From contig DATKFS010000234.1 of NCBI GenBank assembly GCA_035511275.1, positions 1 to 56,764 on the forward strand: a DNA stretch of 56,764 nucleotides, given 5' to 3'. The DNA comes from Novosphingobium sp. GTDB taxonomy: Bacteria; Pseudomonadota; Alphaproteobacteria; Sphingomonadales; Sphingomonadaceae. The notes under the pieces were generated by a model. That model searched no databases. It saw nothing but the letters and a program-made list of their open reading frames with translations, and was not told the DNA's origin. Position 1 is the stretch's first letter. Each line of letters opens with the position of its first letter. Of the stretch, positions 29,223-38,706 are shown piece after piece. Made by a program: the position numbers and the translations under genes.

Positions 29223-29432
29223 ATGCCGGTTGAATTCGTCCGAGCGCTTGCCGCGCGCAACCAGTTCCTCGGCCCCTCGGGCGACGGGCAGAACCTCGAC
29301 CTCGATTTCCTTCGCGACCTCGCGCGGGTCCACGAGAACGCCTGGCCGGAGCGCTCCCAGATGACCGACAGCACGCCCCCGCCCCGCCTCGCCGGCGAGG
29401 CCCAAGCCAAAGCGTTGATCGCGACGACATGA
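29223..29432 (+). pseudogene. N-terminal stub of an LLM-class monooxygenase
   Basis: MPVEFV...RNQ...LDLDFLRDLARVHENA resembles the first ~40 aa of SsuD-like LLM enzymes, then diverges and stops; GGGG RBS; ATGA overlap with the next gene. Confidence 0.55.
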
Positions 29433-31300
29433 TCGATGCCACCCTCGCGACCGCGCACCACGCGGAGCCCAGCGACACGTCCCTCGGCGCGGTTCCGCCA
29501 GGGCGAAAGCGCTCTCCCCTCGCCGATTACCCGCTCCTGCGCAGTCTGGCGCTGTACCGGACCATCCCCGTCCTTTTCACCGTTACTCTGGCGCTGTTCA
29601 CGGTTGTCCACCTCAGCCTCGCGCTGCAGCAGTGGCTGATAGGGCGCGGGCTCGACGCGGTGAACAGCGGCAAGGCGGCGACGCGCCTTGCCGACGGCAC
29701 GATCGACCTCACCGTCGCGTGGCACTGGGCGACGCTGGTGATCGGCCTCGCCGCAGGGCGGGGCGTTTTGCAGTACATCTCCGGCATGTGCAGCATCCGC
29801 GCCAGCCAGGCGCTGCTTTCGACGCTGCGCGAGAAGATCCTCGTGCAAGTCCAGACGCTACACCTCGGTTACCACTGGGAGCACGGCATGGGCGAGATGA
29901 TCACCCGCACCACCCGCGATGCCGACAAGCTGCGCGACGCTCTCGTCGCCTTCTGGCGGCAGGCGGTGGAGACCGCGCTCGTGGTCGCCGCGGCCATGGG
30001 ATTGCTGTTCTGGTACGACTGGGCCCTGGCTGCCGTGCCGTTCCTGCTGACCCTGCTGGGCTTCTGGATCTTCGTGCGGCAGACCGACACTCTCGTCGTG
30101 CTCGACCGTAACGTCAGCGATGCCTACGACCAGGTGAACCAGGACCTGTCCGAGGGTATCGGCGGCGTGCGCGTCATCAAGTCGTTCCGCCTCGAACAGG
30201 GCCGCATCGCCAAGTTCAGGGGCCACGTCGGCTTCTTCCTCGACCAGTCGCGCCACGCGCTTGCCTGGTGCAGTTCCCGCATCCCGATCCCGCAGGCGGT
30301 GGTCGCGCTCGGCCACGTCTGGATCATGGCCTATGGCGCGCATCTCGTCGTCGCCGGCGTGCTGGGGATCGGCGAACTGGTCTCGGCGCTTCTGATCGCG
30401 ACGACGCTCGTTTTCCGCGTCGAGACGGTGGGCCGCGTGATGCGCATCTTCGCCGATGCCCGCGCTTCCGCCGCGCGCATCTGGGATCTGCTCGACGAGG
30501 AGCCCGCCATCGTCGGCGGGCGGGAAACACTGCCCGAGGGACCGACGGGCTTCCGCCTCGACGCCGTGCGCCTGCTGGCTCCAGGCGGCGACACCGCCGT
30601 GCTGGAGAACTGCGACCTCCGGGTGGAGCCCGGACGGATCGTCGCCCTCGTCGGCGCGACCGGATCGGGCAAGAGCTCGCTCGCCTCGCTGCTTCCCCGC
30701 CTCGCAGACGTCAGCGACGGTGCCGTATCGATCGGTTCCGACGCGCTGGGCTGGCGCGACGTGCGCAGCCTCGATCTCGGCGCGCTGCGCAGGCGGGTCC
30801 ATGCGGTGCCGCAGGACATCTTCCTGTTCTCCGACACGCTTGCCGCGAACCTTCGCGCAGCGGCGCCCGATGCGGACGACGCCGCACTCGTCGAGGCATT
30901 GCGCCTCGCGGGAGCGGAGGAACTGCTGTCCCGCCTGCCCGAGGGACTGGACACGAAGATCGGCGATCGCGGCGTAACCCTGTCAGGGGGCCAGCGCCAG
31001 CGCTTGTGCCTTGCCCGCGCGTTGATCGCCGCTCCCGACATCCTCGTCCTCGACGACGCGACGAGCGCGCTCGACGCGGTGACCGAACGCACGGTGCTGC
31101 GCAACATCCGCTCGCTGCAGGCGCGGCACGGAGGCCGCATGACGGTGCTGCTCATCACCAGCAAGCTCTCGTCGGTGCTGCTCGCCGACCGGACAGTGGT
31201 CCTTGCCGGAGGGCGCATCGTCGCCAGCGGCACGCACGAGGACCTCCTGCTCGACCCGCTCTATCGCGACTTACTGGGGATCGACCGTGCCGCCGCCTGA
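29429..31300 (+). CDS. ABC exporter, fused permease/ATPase subunit 1
   Basis: Six TM segments, GATGSGKS Walker A, LSGGQRQR signature, ILVLDD (degenerate Walker B). Confidence 0.92.
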   Translation: MIDATLATAHHAEPSDTSLGAVPPGRKRSPLADYPLLRSLALYRTIPVLFTVTLALFTVVHLSLALQQWLIGRGLDAVNSGKAATRLADGTIDLTVAWHWATLVIGLAAGRGVLQYISGMCSIRASQALLSTLREKILVQVQTLHLGYHWEHGMGEMITRTTRDADKLRDALVAFWRQAVETALVVAAAMGLLFWYDWALAAVPFLLTLLGFWIFVRQTDTLVVLDRNVSDAYDQVNQDLSEGIGGVRVIKSFRLEQGRIAKFRGHVGFFLDQSRHALAWCSSRIPIPQAVVALGHVWIMAYGAHLVVAGVLGIGELVSALLIATTLVFRVETVGRVMRIFADARASAARIWDLLDEEPAIVGGRETLPEGPTGFRLDAVRLLAPGGDTAVLENCDLRVEPGRIVALVGATGSGKSSLASLLPRLADVSDGAVSIGSDALGWRDVRSLDLGALRRRVHAVPQDIFLFSDTLAANLRAAAPDADDAALVEALRLAGAEELLSRLPEGLDTKIGDRGVTLSGGQRQRLCLARALIAAPDILVLDDATSALDAVTERTVLRNIRSLQARHGGRMTVLLITSKLSSVLLADRTVVLAGGRIVASGTHEDLLLDPLYRDLLGIDRAAA

Positions 31301-33161
31301 CAACAAGAGCGTCCTCAGCGACATCGAAATCGAGGAAATGCTGGCGCGCCATGCGCTCGACCGCAGCATGTTCCGCCGACTCCTGCCGTTGCTCGGCCCG
31401 GTGCGCGGCCAGATCGCGGCGGTGTTCGCACTGGAGACGATCCTCGTCGCCGTCGTTTTCGTGCGGCCGTGGTTCGTCGGGCAGCTTCTCGATCACGGAC
31501 TGGTCAAGGGCGCGGCGGGATGGACCCTCGACGAACGACTGCTCGTCTGGCTCAGCCTGGGCCTTGCCGTGACGTGGCTGGCGCGCTTCCTTTTCGCGGG
31601 ACTATCGGGCTACCTCGCCGGGGCGGCCGCGCTCCGTGTGCTCAACGAACTGCGGATCCGCCTCTTCGAGCATATCCAGGCACTCAGCGTCGGCTATTTC
31701 GACCGCACCAAGGCCGGGCGCATCCTGTCCCGCGCGGACCGCGACGTCGACGCGCTGGAGGCGCTGCTGGTGCAGGGGCCGCCGGACACGCTCTCGGCGA
31801 TGCTGCGCTTCGGCGGGGCGGCGCTGATGCTGTGGATCATGTCCCCGCTGCTGCTGCTGGCCCTGGCGAGCGTGGTCCCCTTCCTCGTCGTCGGCACCTG
31901 GCTGTTCAAGCGCGTGTCGCAGAAAAGCTGGGCGATCGTCGCGGAAAACCGCAGCCGCTTCACCTCGCACCTCGTCGAGACCGTATCGGGCGTGCGGATG
32001 ATCCAGCAGCTCGTGCGGCAGGAGCCCAACCGCGCGCGCTACCGCGAACTGCTCAAGGACTTCGACGGGGCACTGGTGCGCGGCAACATGCGCTCGGGCT
32101 GGTTCGCGCCGCTGAGCGGGCTGCTCAATGCTGCGGGTATGGCGATGATCCTGCTGGTGGGCAGCTATGGCCTGCTGCAAGGAGAGATCACCCTCGGCGA
32201 ACTGGCGCAGAGCCTGTTCTACGTGATGCTGTTCCTTGGCCCTCTACAGGACCTCAACGACCTGTTCGAGCGCTATGCTTCCGGTTCGGCATCTGCCCAG
32301 CGGGTGTTCCTGCTGCTCGACACCCGTCCCGAGGTGCTGGATGCCGAGAATCCCGTGGCGGTCGAGGCGATGCGCGGCGAAGTGGAGTTCCGTTCCGTAG
32401 GGTTTTCGTACTCTCCCGGCGTGCTTCCGCAGGTGTTGCGCGACCTTTCGCTGCACATCCATGCGGGCGAAGTCGTTGCCGTGGTGGGGGCGACGGGGCA
32501 CGGGAAAAGCACTCTCGTACAGCTCCTGACCCGGTTCTACGAAGCACAGACCGGTACCGTAACCATCGATGGGATCGACGTTAAGCACATGCGGCAGTCC
32601 GAGCTGCGCCGCCACGTCGGGGTCGTGCTGCAGGACAACGTGCTCTTCAGCGGCACCGTCCTCGACAACCTGCGCCAGGCCCGCCCGGACGCGGACGACG
32701 AGGAGCTGGTGGACGCGGCGCGGGCGCTCGATGCGCACGAGGTGCTGGGGCGGCTTGGGCATGGCTATCATACCCAGGTCGGGCCGCTCGGCGCCAACCT
32801 CAGCCATGGGCAGCGGCAGCTGGTATGCCTGGTGCGCGCCTATCTGACCGACCCCGCCGTCCTCGTTCTCGACGAGGCGACGTCGGCGGTCGACGTCCAC
32901 ACCGAGCGGATGATCCAGCGTGCCCTGCGCCGGCTGTGCGAGGGGCGCACCGCAATCGTCATCGCCCATCGCCTCGCCACGATCCGCGACGCCGATCGCA
33001 TCGCCGTGATCCGTGACGGGCAGGTCGTCGAACTGGGCAGCCACGCGGAGCTTACCTCGCTCGGCGGCGCCTATGCGCGGCTTTACGATGCCTACGAACG
33101 CCAGAGCGGCGTCATCATCGAACCTGCGTTACTCTCGACGGACGCGATGCCGGTCCCTTGA
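31287..33161 (+). CDS. ABC exporter, fused permease/ATPase subunit 2
   Basis: GATGHGKS, LSHGQRQL, VLVLDEAT, IAHRL; overlaps subunit 1, consistent with a heterodimer. Confidence 0.92.
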   Translation: MPPPDNKSVLSDIEIEEMLARHALDRSMFRRLLPLLGPVRGQIAAVFALETILVAVVFVRPWFVGQLLDHGLVKGAAGWTLDERLLVWLSLGLAVTWLARFLFAGLSGYLAGAAALRVLNELRIRLFEHIQALSVGYFDRTKAGRILSRADRDVDALEALLVQGPPDTLSAMLRFGGAALMLWIMSPLLLLALASVVPFLVVGTWLFKRVSQKSWAIVAENRSRFTSHLVETVSGVRMIQQLVRQEPNRARYRELLKDFDGALVRGNMRSGWFAPLSGLLNAAGMAMILLVGSYGLLQGEITLGELAQSLFYVMLFLGPLQDLNDLFERYASGSASAQRVFLLLDTRPEVLDAENPVAVEAMRGEVEFRSVGFSYSPGVLPQVLRDLSLHIHAGEVVAVVGATGHGKSTLVQLLTRFYEAQTGTVTIDGIDVKHMRQSELRRHVGVVLQDNVLFSGTVLDNLRQARPDADDEELVDAARALDAHEVLGRLGHGYHTQVGPLGANLSHGQRQLVCLVRAYLTDPAVLVLDEATSAVDVHTERMIQRALRRLCEGRTAIVIAHRLATIRDADRIAVIRDGQVVELGSHAELTSLGGAYARLYDAYERQSGVIIEPALLSTDAMPVP

Positions 33162-33299
33162 GCCGGCTGGACCGACGACCGCGATGCACATTCAAGACGC
33201 CGCTTCCGTACCACGGGGGCGGCGTTGTTGTTTGCAACAGGCCAAATATAGTAGCCGTCCATCAACAGCAGCGTCTGAATTGCTTCTCGATCCGCAAAA

Positions 33300-33735
33300 C
33301 CTCTGCTCCCTTTCAGCATCCGCAAGACAGACCTTCAGAACGTGCGCGCGATCTGGCCGGACGCCCCCGACAGCGGCATCGTCGAAACCAACGTCTCGGT
33401 CCTGCCGGGCCTGCGCGGCGACGGGTGGAACTGGGACCTGTCGAGCGGCTGCGGCCTCCAGAGCCACACCGATGGCTTCCCTGGCAACTGTCGCTACACC
33501 GCGTGGACGTCGAACCTCGACATCTGCAAGAGCACAAAGGAGGGGCGGTTCGGCTTCGGCACAGACTCGTCGCCCGGCACCGAGTTCCGCCCGCGAGACG
33601 TATCGCCGCACCGCCGGTGACGCGCAGTCGTGGGGCTATGGCGGCCACCCATGCGATCTATGCCGGCCTTACGCTGCGCGCCGGCGAAGCCGCGAGGGTC
33701 GATCTCGCGGCGCGCTACGAACGCTGCCAGACCCA
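33300..33735 (+). pseudogene. Frameshifted internal remnant of a TonB-dependent receptor
   Basis: Three successive frames give RAIWPD..GLRGDGWNWDLS..WTSNLDI..GTEFR / RETYRRTAGDAQSWGYGG / AIYAGLTL..VDLAARYE, all TBDR-barrel-like segments. Confidence 0.55.
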
Positions 33736-33972
33736 CCCCCTCGGCTCGGCCGTGCCGGTGCAGGCGGCCTCGCCCACGTTCGGGCCGGACGACAAGCGCT
33801 CGAACCCGGGAGCGCCCCGCAGAAGCCCGGCTTGTCGATGGTGACGGCAAGCTGTTCGAGATAATCGAAGCCGGTCTTCCAGCGCCCTTCCTCGGCCCAA
33901 AGACAAGGGCCGTCGGGCGCGGTCAGATACTACAGCAGCTTCACGGACGGATCACGGGTCCGGACTGCCGGG

Positions 33973-34707
33973 TCAGTCGAGGTCGGTGACGGGCAGGAGG
34001 CCGAGGCCGCGTGCCTCGTCGTAGCGCTTGCTCATCTTCCACTGCTGGCGCAGCACGCCCGGGCCGTAGGTACGCGAGCCGCCGAGAGCCTGGGCGCGGA
34101 TCTGGATGTCGGCGCCCTCCTCCAGCAGCAGGATGAACTCGGCCAGGTCGCGCAGGCCCTTCCAGCCCCAGACCGTAGCGCCGCCGTTGGCCTCGATGAT
34201 GGCCGGCGTAAAGGGATTCTCGGCCAGCTTCTCGTTGATGAACTCCGCCTCGTCCTGGCGGCGGTCGATGTAGACCGGGATCTCGCGGGCGAGGTGGAAG
34301 CGCTGCACCGGCACGTAGCTGATGGGCAGCGTGCGGTGCGTCTGCGCCCATGCACCGAGGCTCGGCGAGTGGACGTGGCTGAGCGAGGTGACGGTCGGGT
34401 TGGCGTTGAACACCTTCAGGTAGCGGCCGTTCGGACGGCCCTTGAAGGCCGTGCCGTCGAGCCCCGTCACCGAGAAGCTGAGCGGTTCCTTGCTGGCGAT
34501 GCCGCGGTCGAAGGGATGCGGCAGGTTGACGGTGACGATCTTGTCCTCGCCGGGCACGCGCTCGATGAAGCCGACGGTGCCGTTGGCGGTGATCGTGCCC
34601 GTCTCGCGGTAGGCGCGGAAGATTTCCGCCGACTGGGCGACGACGTCGTTCGCGAAGTCAAGGACGGTGGAGTTCAGGTCTTCGTTGGTCTGGACTGCGG
34701 TGGCCAT
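33973..34707 (-). CDS. Class II aldolase/adducin-fold protein
   Basis: SHVHSP HxH motif, AIIEANGG, LLEEGA; GGAG RBS. Confidence 0.8.
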   Translation of the reverse strand: MATAVQTNEDLNSTVLDFANDVVAQSAEIFRAYRETGTITANGTVGFIERVPGEDKIVTVNLPHPFDRGIASKEPLSFSVTGLDGTAFKGRPNGRYLKVFNANPTVTSLSHVHSPSLGAWAQTHRTLPISYVPVQRFHLAREIPVYIDRRQDEAEFINEKLAENPFTPAIIEANGGATVWGWKGLRDLAEFILLLEEGADIQIRAQALGGSRTYGPGVLRQQWKMSKRYDEARGLGLLPVTDLD

Positions 34708-34729
34708 GGTCGTTCTCCTCGGGAAAGGG

Positions 34730-35149
34730 TCAGGCCGCGCGATTGCCGGCGCGGCGTTCGAGAGCGGCTTCCAGCGGGCGACGGTCGATCCACGCGTCGA
34801 TGTCGGCGGCGTGTTCGAGGAAGCCGGGGAGCCACAGGAAGGTGACCTGCCGCTTGAGAAGCGCGACGCGCTCCTCGGACAGGTCGGGGTGGAGCGAGCG
34901 GTGGAAGTTGTTGCGATCGGCGGCCTCGACCCCGGCGGCGCGCAGCGTCTGCGCCCGGAAACGCGCGACCACGTCGAAATGGGTGTCGAGCAGGTCCTGG
35001 CTCACCGTGATCGGTCGCGGTGTGCCGCCCGGCCCGCCCAGCGCATGGGCGATCCCCGATGCGGCCGGCACCGGACAGCGGGTGAACAGGATACGGTCGA
35101 GCCTGCCCGCCGCTGCGGTCTCGCCGATGGTGTGGAGGTTGTCGGTCAT
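34730..35149 (-). pseudogene. Internally deleted DszB-like gene, reading frame still open
   Basis: FTRCPVPAASGIAHALG joined directly to GTPRPITV...HPDLSEER...WIDRRPL; the central part present in 42213 and 48345 is missing. Confidence 0.75.
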
Positions 35150-35174
35150 TGGAACTCCGTGGTCTCGACGATAG

Positions 35175-35190
35175 AGCAAAGGCCATGCCA
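35175..35190 (-). promoter_or_regulatory. Sigma54 -24/-12 promoter
   Basis: Minus strand TGGCAT-GGCCT-TTGCT. Confidence 0.75.
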
Positions 35191-35618
35191 ACCCTGCGAA
35201 CACTGGGTTTTCCGCCGGGATACCGGGCGTGCTGTGCAGAAATCACCAGCCTCGCACCGTCCCGCTGCGCCGATATGTTCAGGCCCCCAATCCGGTCGAA
35301 CCCTGCACGGCCACCGGGGGCACCCTGGCCATCGCGGCGGCGGTGGGGATGAAGCAGATGTAATCGCGCCCTCCGGGGAGTCACGGCCACCGGACGAAGC
35401 TGGTTGATCTAGTACATGCGCCTTGCGCCTTTCCCATGCGGGCGGGCGCGGCGCGGTCTCGACGATGGGAAGGAACCTGCGCGAAGGTAGCAGCGGCGGG
35501 CGATGTAGGAAAACGGCCCGCCTGCCCCAAACCGAACGGCGGGCGCTCGGAATCGCGCAAGCCGCCGCCGCGCCCCGCCGCTGGCGATGCGCCCCAATCC
35601 CCGCCCGGCACGCGCTCC

Positions 35619-35711
35619 GTTCGCGAGCGCGGCCATCCGCGCGAATGGTCGAAGGCCGCGGACTACCGGCGCAAGGGCGAGGCCGATTCCCACGGCAAGC
35701 TGGGCGACTGA
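35619..35711 (+). pseudogene. C-terminal remnant resembling a siderophore-interacting protein
   Basis: VRERGHPREWSKAADYRRKGEADSHGKLGD* resembles the ERGHPxxWxKAAGYWxxG tail of ViuB/SIP proteins; no matching upstream part. Confidence 0.4.
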
Positions 35712-35730
35712 CCGCCCATGCCGCCCGGCC

Positions 35731-36060
35731 TCAGTGCGATGCCGTGCCGGAAAACAGGTTGATGACGAGCGTCCCCGCGAGGATCAGGCCGATCCCCGCG
35801 AGCGCCGCCGCGTCGAGCGTCTGGCGGTAGAGCACCAGCCCGATCACCGAGATCGCGACGATCCCCACGCCCGACCAGATCGCGTAGGCCACGCCCATCG
35901 GGATCGTGCGCAGCGCCACCGACAGGCAGAAGAACGCCCCGATGTAGCACGCCACGGTGACGCCCGTGGGGACGATGCGCGTGAAGCCGTCGGTCGCCTT
36001 GAGCGCCGAGGTCGCGACGATCTCGAAGGCGATCGCCGCGAGGAGGTAGAGCCAGTTCAT
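35731..36060 (-). CDS. SMR-family (EmrE/Qac-like) efflux transporter
   Basis: WLYLLAAIAFEIVATSALK, GVAYAIWSGVG; 109 aa, 4 TM. Confidence 0.93.
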   Translation of the reverse strand: MNWLYLLAAIAFEIVATSALKATDGFTRIVPTGVTVACYIGAFFCLSVALRTIPMGVAYAIWSGVGIVAISVIGLVLYRQTLDAAALAGIGLILAGTLVINLFSGTASH

Positions 36061-36180
36061 CCGCCCTGCCTATTGCACCCGAACCCGCCGGGCAACGGCC
36101 TGGCCGTATCGCTGCAGCCGCTGCGCAGATCTCGCCATCCGCCGACGCCCGCCCGCTCGACCCCGGCCCCGTCCGCCGAC

Positions 36181-36196
36181 TGGCACGGACCTTGCT
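36181..36196 (+). promoter_or_regulatory. Sigma54 -24/-12 promoter
   Basis: TGGCAC-GGACC-TTGCT upstream of the ABC importer operon. Confidence 0.8.
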
Positions 36197-36238
36197 CAAA
36201 TCGCGGCATGACTGCGACAGCGCAGGGAGTGATCCGCA

Positions 36239-37021
36239 ATGCCAATGCCAAGCCGTGGACCAGCGCGGTTCGCCCTGCCCGCCACGGCGACCCGCATCGC
36301 ACCGATCGCGGCGATCCTGATCCTCTGGGAAATCGCCGCGCTGAGCGGTGCCTGGCCCCGGCAGGTGCTGGTGCCGCTCGAACAGGTGGGCGCGACGCTG
36401 CTGGCCCTCGCCGCCGACGGTGAACTGGAGCGCCACCTTTCGGCCAGCCTCTACCGCCTCGGCTGCGGCTTCCTCGTCGGCAGCCTGATCGGCGTTTCCA
36501 CCGGCGCGGCGATGGCCCTCTCGCGCAATGTCCACCGCCTGCTCTGGCCGACGTTCACATGCGTGCGGCAGGTCCCGGTGATCGCCTTCATCCCGCTGCT
36601 GATCCTGTTCTTCGACGTGGAGGACAGCTTCAAGATCGTCATCGTCGCGATGGCGAGCTTCTTCCCTTCGGCCCTCGCCACGCATGACGCCGTGCGCGAC
36701 ATCCCGGAAAGCCACCGCGAGGTCGCGCGGCTCTACCGGATGCCCACCGCCCCGTTCCTCGTCCGGCTGATCCTGCCCGCCACGGTGCCGCAGGTCCTGA
36801 CCGGCCTGCGCCTCGGCCTGACGCGCGGCTGGCTGTCGCTGGTCGCCGCCGAACTGCTCGCGGCGGACAGCGGGCTCGGGCAGATGATGGAGATGGGCCG
36901 CCAGCTCTTCCAGATCGACGTCGTGCTCTGCGGCGTCTTCGTCACCGGCCTGATCGGCTTCCTGCTCGACGGATCGATGGTCCGCCTCGAACGCCGCCTC
37001 ACCCGCTGGAGGACCGCATGA
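36239..37021 (+). CDS. ssuC: Sulfonate-type ABC importer permease (SsuC-like)
   Basis: RQVPVIAFIPL, LPATVPQVLTGLRL, LVAAELL. Confidence 0.85.
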   Translation: MPMPSRGPARFALPATATRIAPIAAILILWEIAALSGAWPRQVLVPLEQVGATLLALAADGELERHLSASLYRLGCGFLVGSLIGVSTGAAMALSRNVHRLLWPTFTCVRQVPVIAFIPLLILFFDVEDSFKIVIVAMASFFPSALATHDAVRDIPESHREVARLYRMPTAPFLVRLILPATVPQVLTGLRLGLTRGWLSLVAAELLAADSGLGQMMEMGRQLFQIDVVLCGVFVTGLIGFLLDGSMVRLERRLTRWRTA

Positions 37022-37788
37022 ACCGCCGTTCCGCATCCTTCGCGCTGGCGCTCGCCTTTCCCGCGCTGGTGCTGGGCTGGTGGGAGTGGGAATCGCGCCA
37101 GAGCGCCGGGCACGCCTACGCCTTCGCGCCGCTCGCCCAGATCTGCCGCAGCTTCGCCGAGATGCTGTCCGACGGCAGCCTGCTGCTCCACGCCGGGGCC
37201 AGCCTCCAGCGAGCGCTGACCGCGCTCCTGATCGGCGGCTCCATCGGCATCGTCGCGGGCGTGGCGACCGGCCTGTCGCGCGTGCTCGACCGCACCGCAT
37301 CGCCGCTCATCACCGTCATGCGGCAGGTGCCGATCCTCGGCTGGCTGCCGCTGGTGGCGCTGTGGTTCGGCAACGGCGACGGCGCCAAGCTGCTGCTCGT
37401 CTCGCTCTCCGCCTTCTACCCGACCGTGCTCAACACGCAGAAGGGAATGCAGGCGATCGAGGAGCGCTATGCCGAAGTCGGCCGCCTCTACGGCTTCAGC
37501 CGCATCCAGTCGCTGCGCCTGATCGCCTGGCCGAGCGCGCTGCCGCTGATCTTCACCGGCATCTCGCAGGCACTCGCCTTCGCGTGGATCGCCACCATCG
37601 GCGTCGAGCTGCTGTTCAGCGCCAGCGCCGGCCTCGGCACCGAGATGATGGCCGCGCAAGTCGCCGCCCGCACCGACGTGGTGCTGGTCTGCGTCGCCTG
37701 CGTCGGCGTCATGGGCTTCGCGCTCAACCAGCTCTTCGCGCTGCTGCGCACCCGCCTGCTGCGCTGGCAGCCGGCGACCGGAAAGTAG
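37018..37788 (+). CDS. Sulfonate-type ABC importer permease 2 (SsuC-like)
   Basis: RQVPILGWLPLVALWFG, PSALPLIFTG; ATGA overlap. Confidence 0.85.
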   Translation: MNRRSASFALALAFPALVLGWWEWESRQSAGHAYAFAPLAQICRSFAEMLSDGSLLLHAGASLQRALTALLIGGSIGIVAGVATGLSRVLDRTASPLITVMRQVPILGWLPLVALWFGNGDGAKLLLVSLSAFYPTVLNTQKGMQAIEERYAEVGRLYGFSRIQSLRLIAWPSALPLIFTGISQALAFAWIATIGVELLFSASAGLGTEMMAAQVAARTDVVLVCVACVGVMGFALNQLFALLRTRLLRWQPATGK

Positions 37789-37798
37789 GGACACCCTC

Positions 37799-38662
37799 AT
37801 GACCGACCATCGAACCCTTCGCGGCCCCGCCACCGACAAGGCCGTCGCCCGCACCGGCGCGGTGCGCATCTCGGGCCTCTCCAAGCGCTACGCCATGGGT
37901 GGCCCAAGGAACAGCCGGGCCATGACCGTGCTGGACGACATCAACCTGTCGATCCGCCGCGGCGAGTTCGTCAGCATCGTCGGCCCCTCGGGCTGCGGCA
38001 AGTCCACGCTGCTGCGGCTGATCGTCGGCCTCGACACCGACTACGACGGCGAGATCCGGCTCGACGACACCCGCGTCGCCGGCACCGGGCTGGAGCGCGG
38101 GCTCGTCTTCCAGGACCACCGCCTGTTCCCGTGGATGACCGTCGCCAAAAACGTCGAGGTCGCGCTGCTCAACCAGAAGCTGCCGCGCGACCGGCGCGAA
38201 CGGGTGATCGCCGAACACCTCGCGCTCGTCGGCCTCTCGGACTTCGGCGACGCCTATCCGCACCAGCTTTCGGGCGGCATGGCCCAGCGCGCCGCGATCG
38301 CGCGCGCGCTGGCGAACGAGCCCAAGGTGTTGGCGCTCGACGAGCCGCTCGGCGCGCTCGACGCGCTCACCCGCGTCAAGGTGCAGGCCGAACTCCAGCG
38401 CATCTGGATGGAGGCGGGCACCACCATGATCATGGTCACCCACGACGTTGACGAGGCGCTGTTCCTCGGCGACCGCGTGGTGGTCATGTCGCCGCGCCCG
38501 GGCCGCATCGCCCGCATCGTCGACGTCGACCTGCCCCACCCGCGCGACCGCGCCTCGCCGCTGCTGCACCGCCTGAAGGACGAGATTCTCGCCGAACTCA
38601 CCCGCGAACCGCGCGAGGACGACGGCACGCTGGTCACGTTCCCCGGACGCCCTCGCGGCTGA
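37799..38662 (+). CDS. ssuB: Sulfonate-type ABC importer ATPase (SsuB-like)
   Basis: GPSGCGKS, FQDHRLFPW, LSGGMAQR, LDEPLGALDALTR, VTHD. Confidence 0.9.
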   Translation: MTDHRTLRGPATDKAVARTGAVRISGLSKRYAMGGPRNSRAMTVLDDINLSIRRGEFVSIVGPSGCGKSTLLRLIVGLDTDYDGEIRLDDTRVAGTGLERGLVFQDHRLFPWMTVAKNVEVALLNQKLPRDRRERVIAEHLALVGLSDFGDAYPHQLSGGMAQRAAIARALANEPKVLALDEPLGALDALTRVKVQAELQRIWMEAGTTMIMVTHDVDEALFLGDRVVVMSPRPGRIARIVDVDLPHPRDRASPLLHRLKDEILAELTREPREDDGTLVTFPGRPRG

Positions 38663-38706
38663 TGGGGCCAGCCCCCAACCGCATCACGCCCCATCGGAGC
38701 CGTTCA

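Noticed and set aside
36061-36180. Guanidine riboswitch upstream of the SMR gene
   Set aside because: No paired ACGR-loop hairpins or other recognisable ykkC features; the protein looks Qac/EmrE-like rather than Gdx-like.
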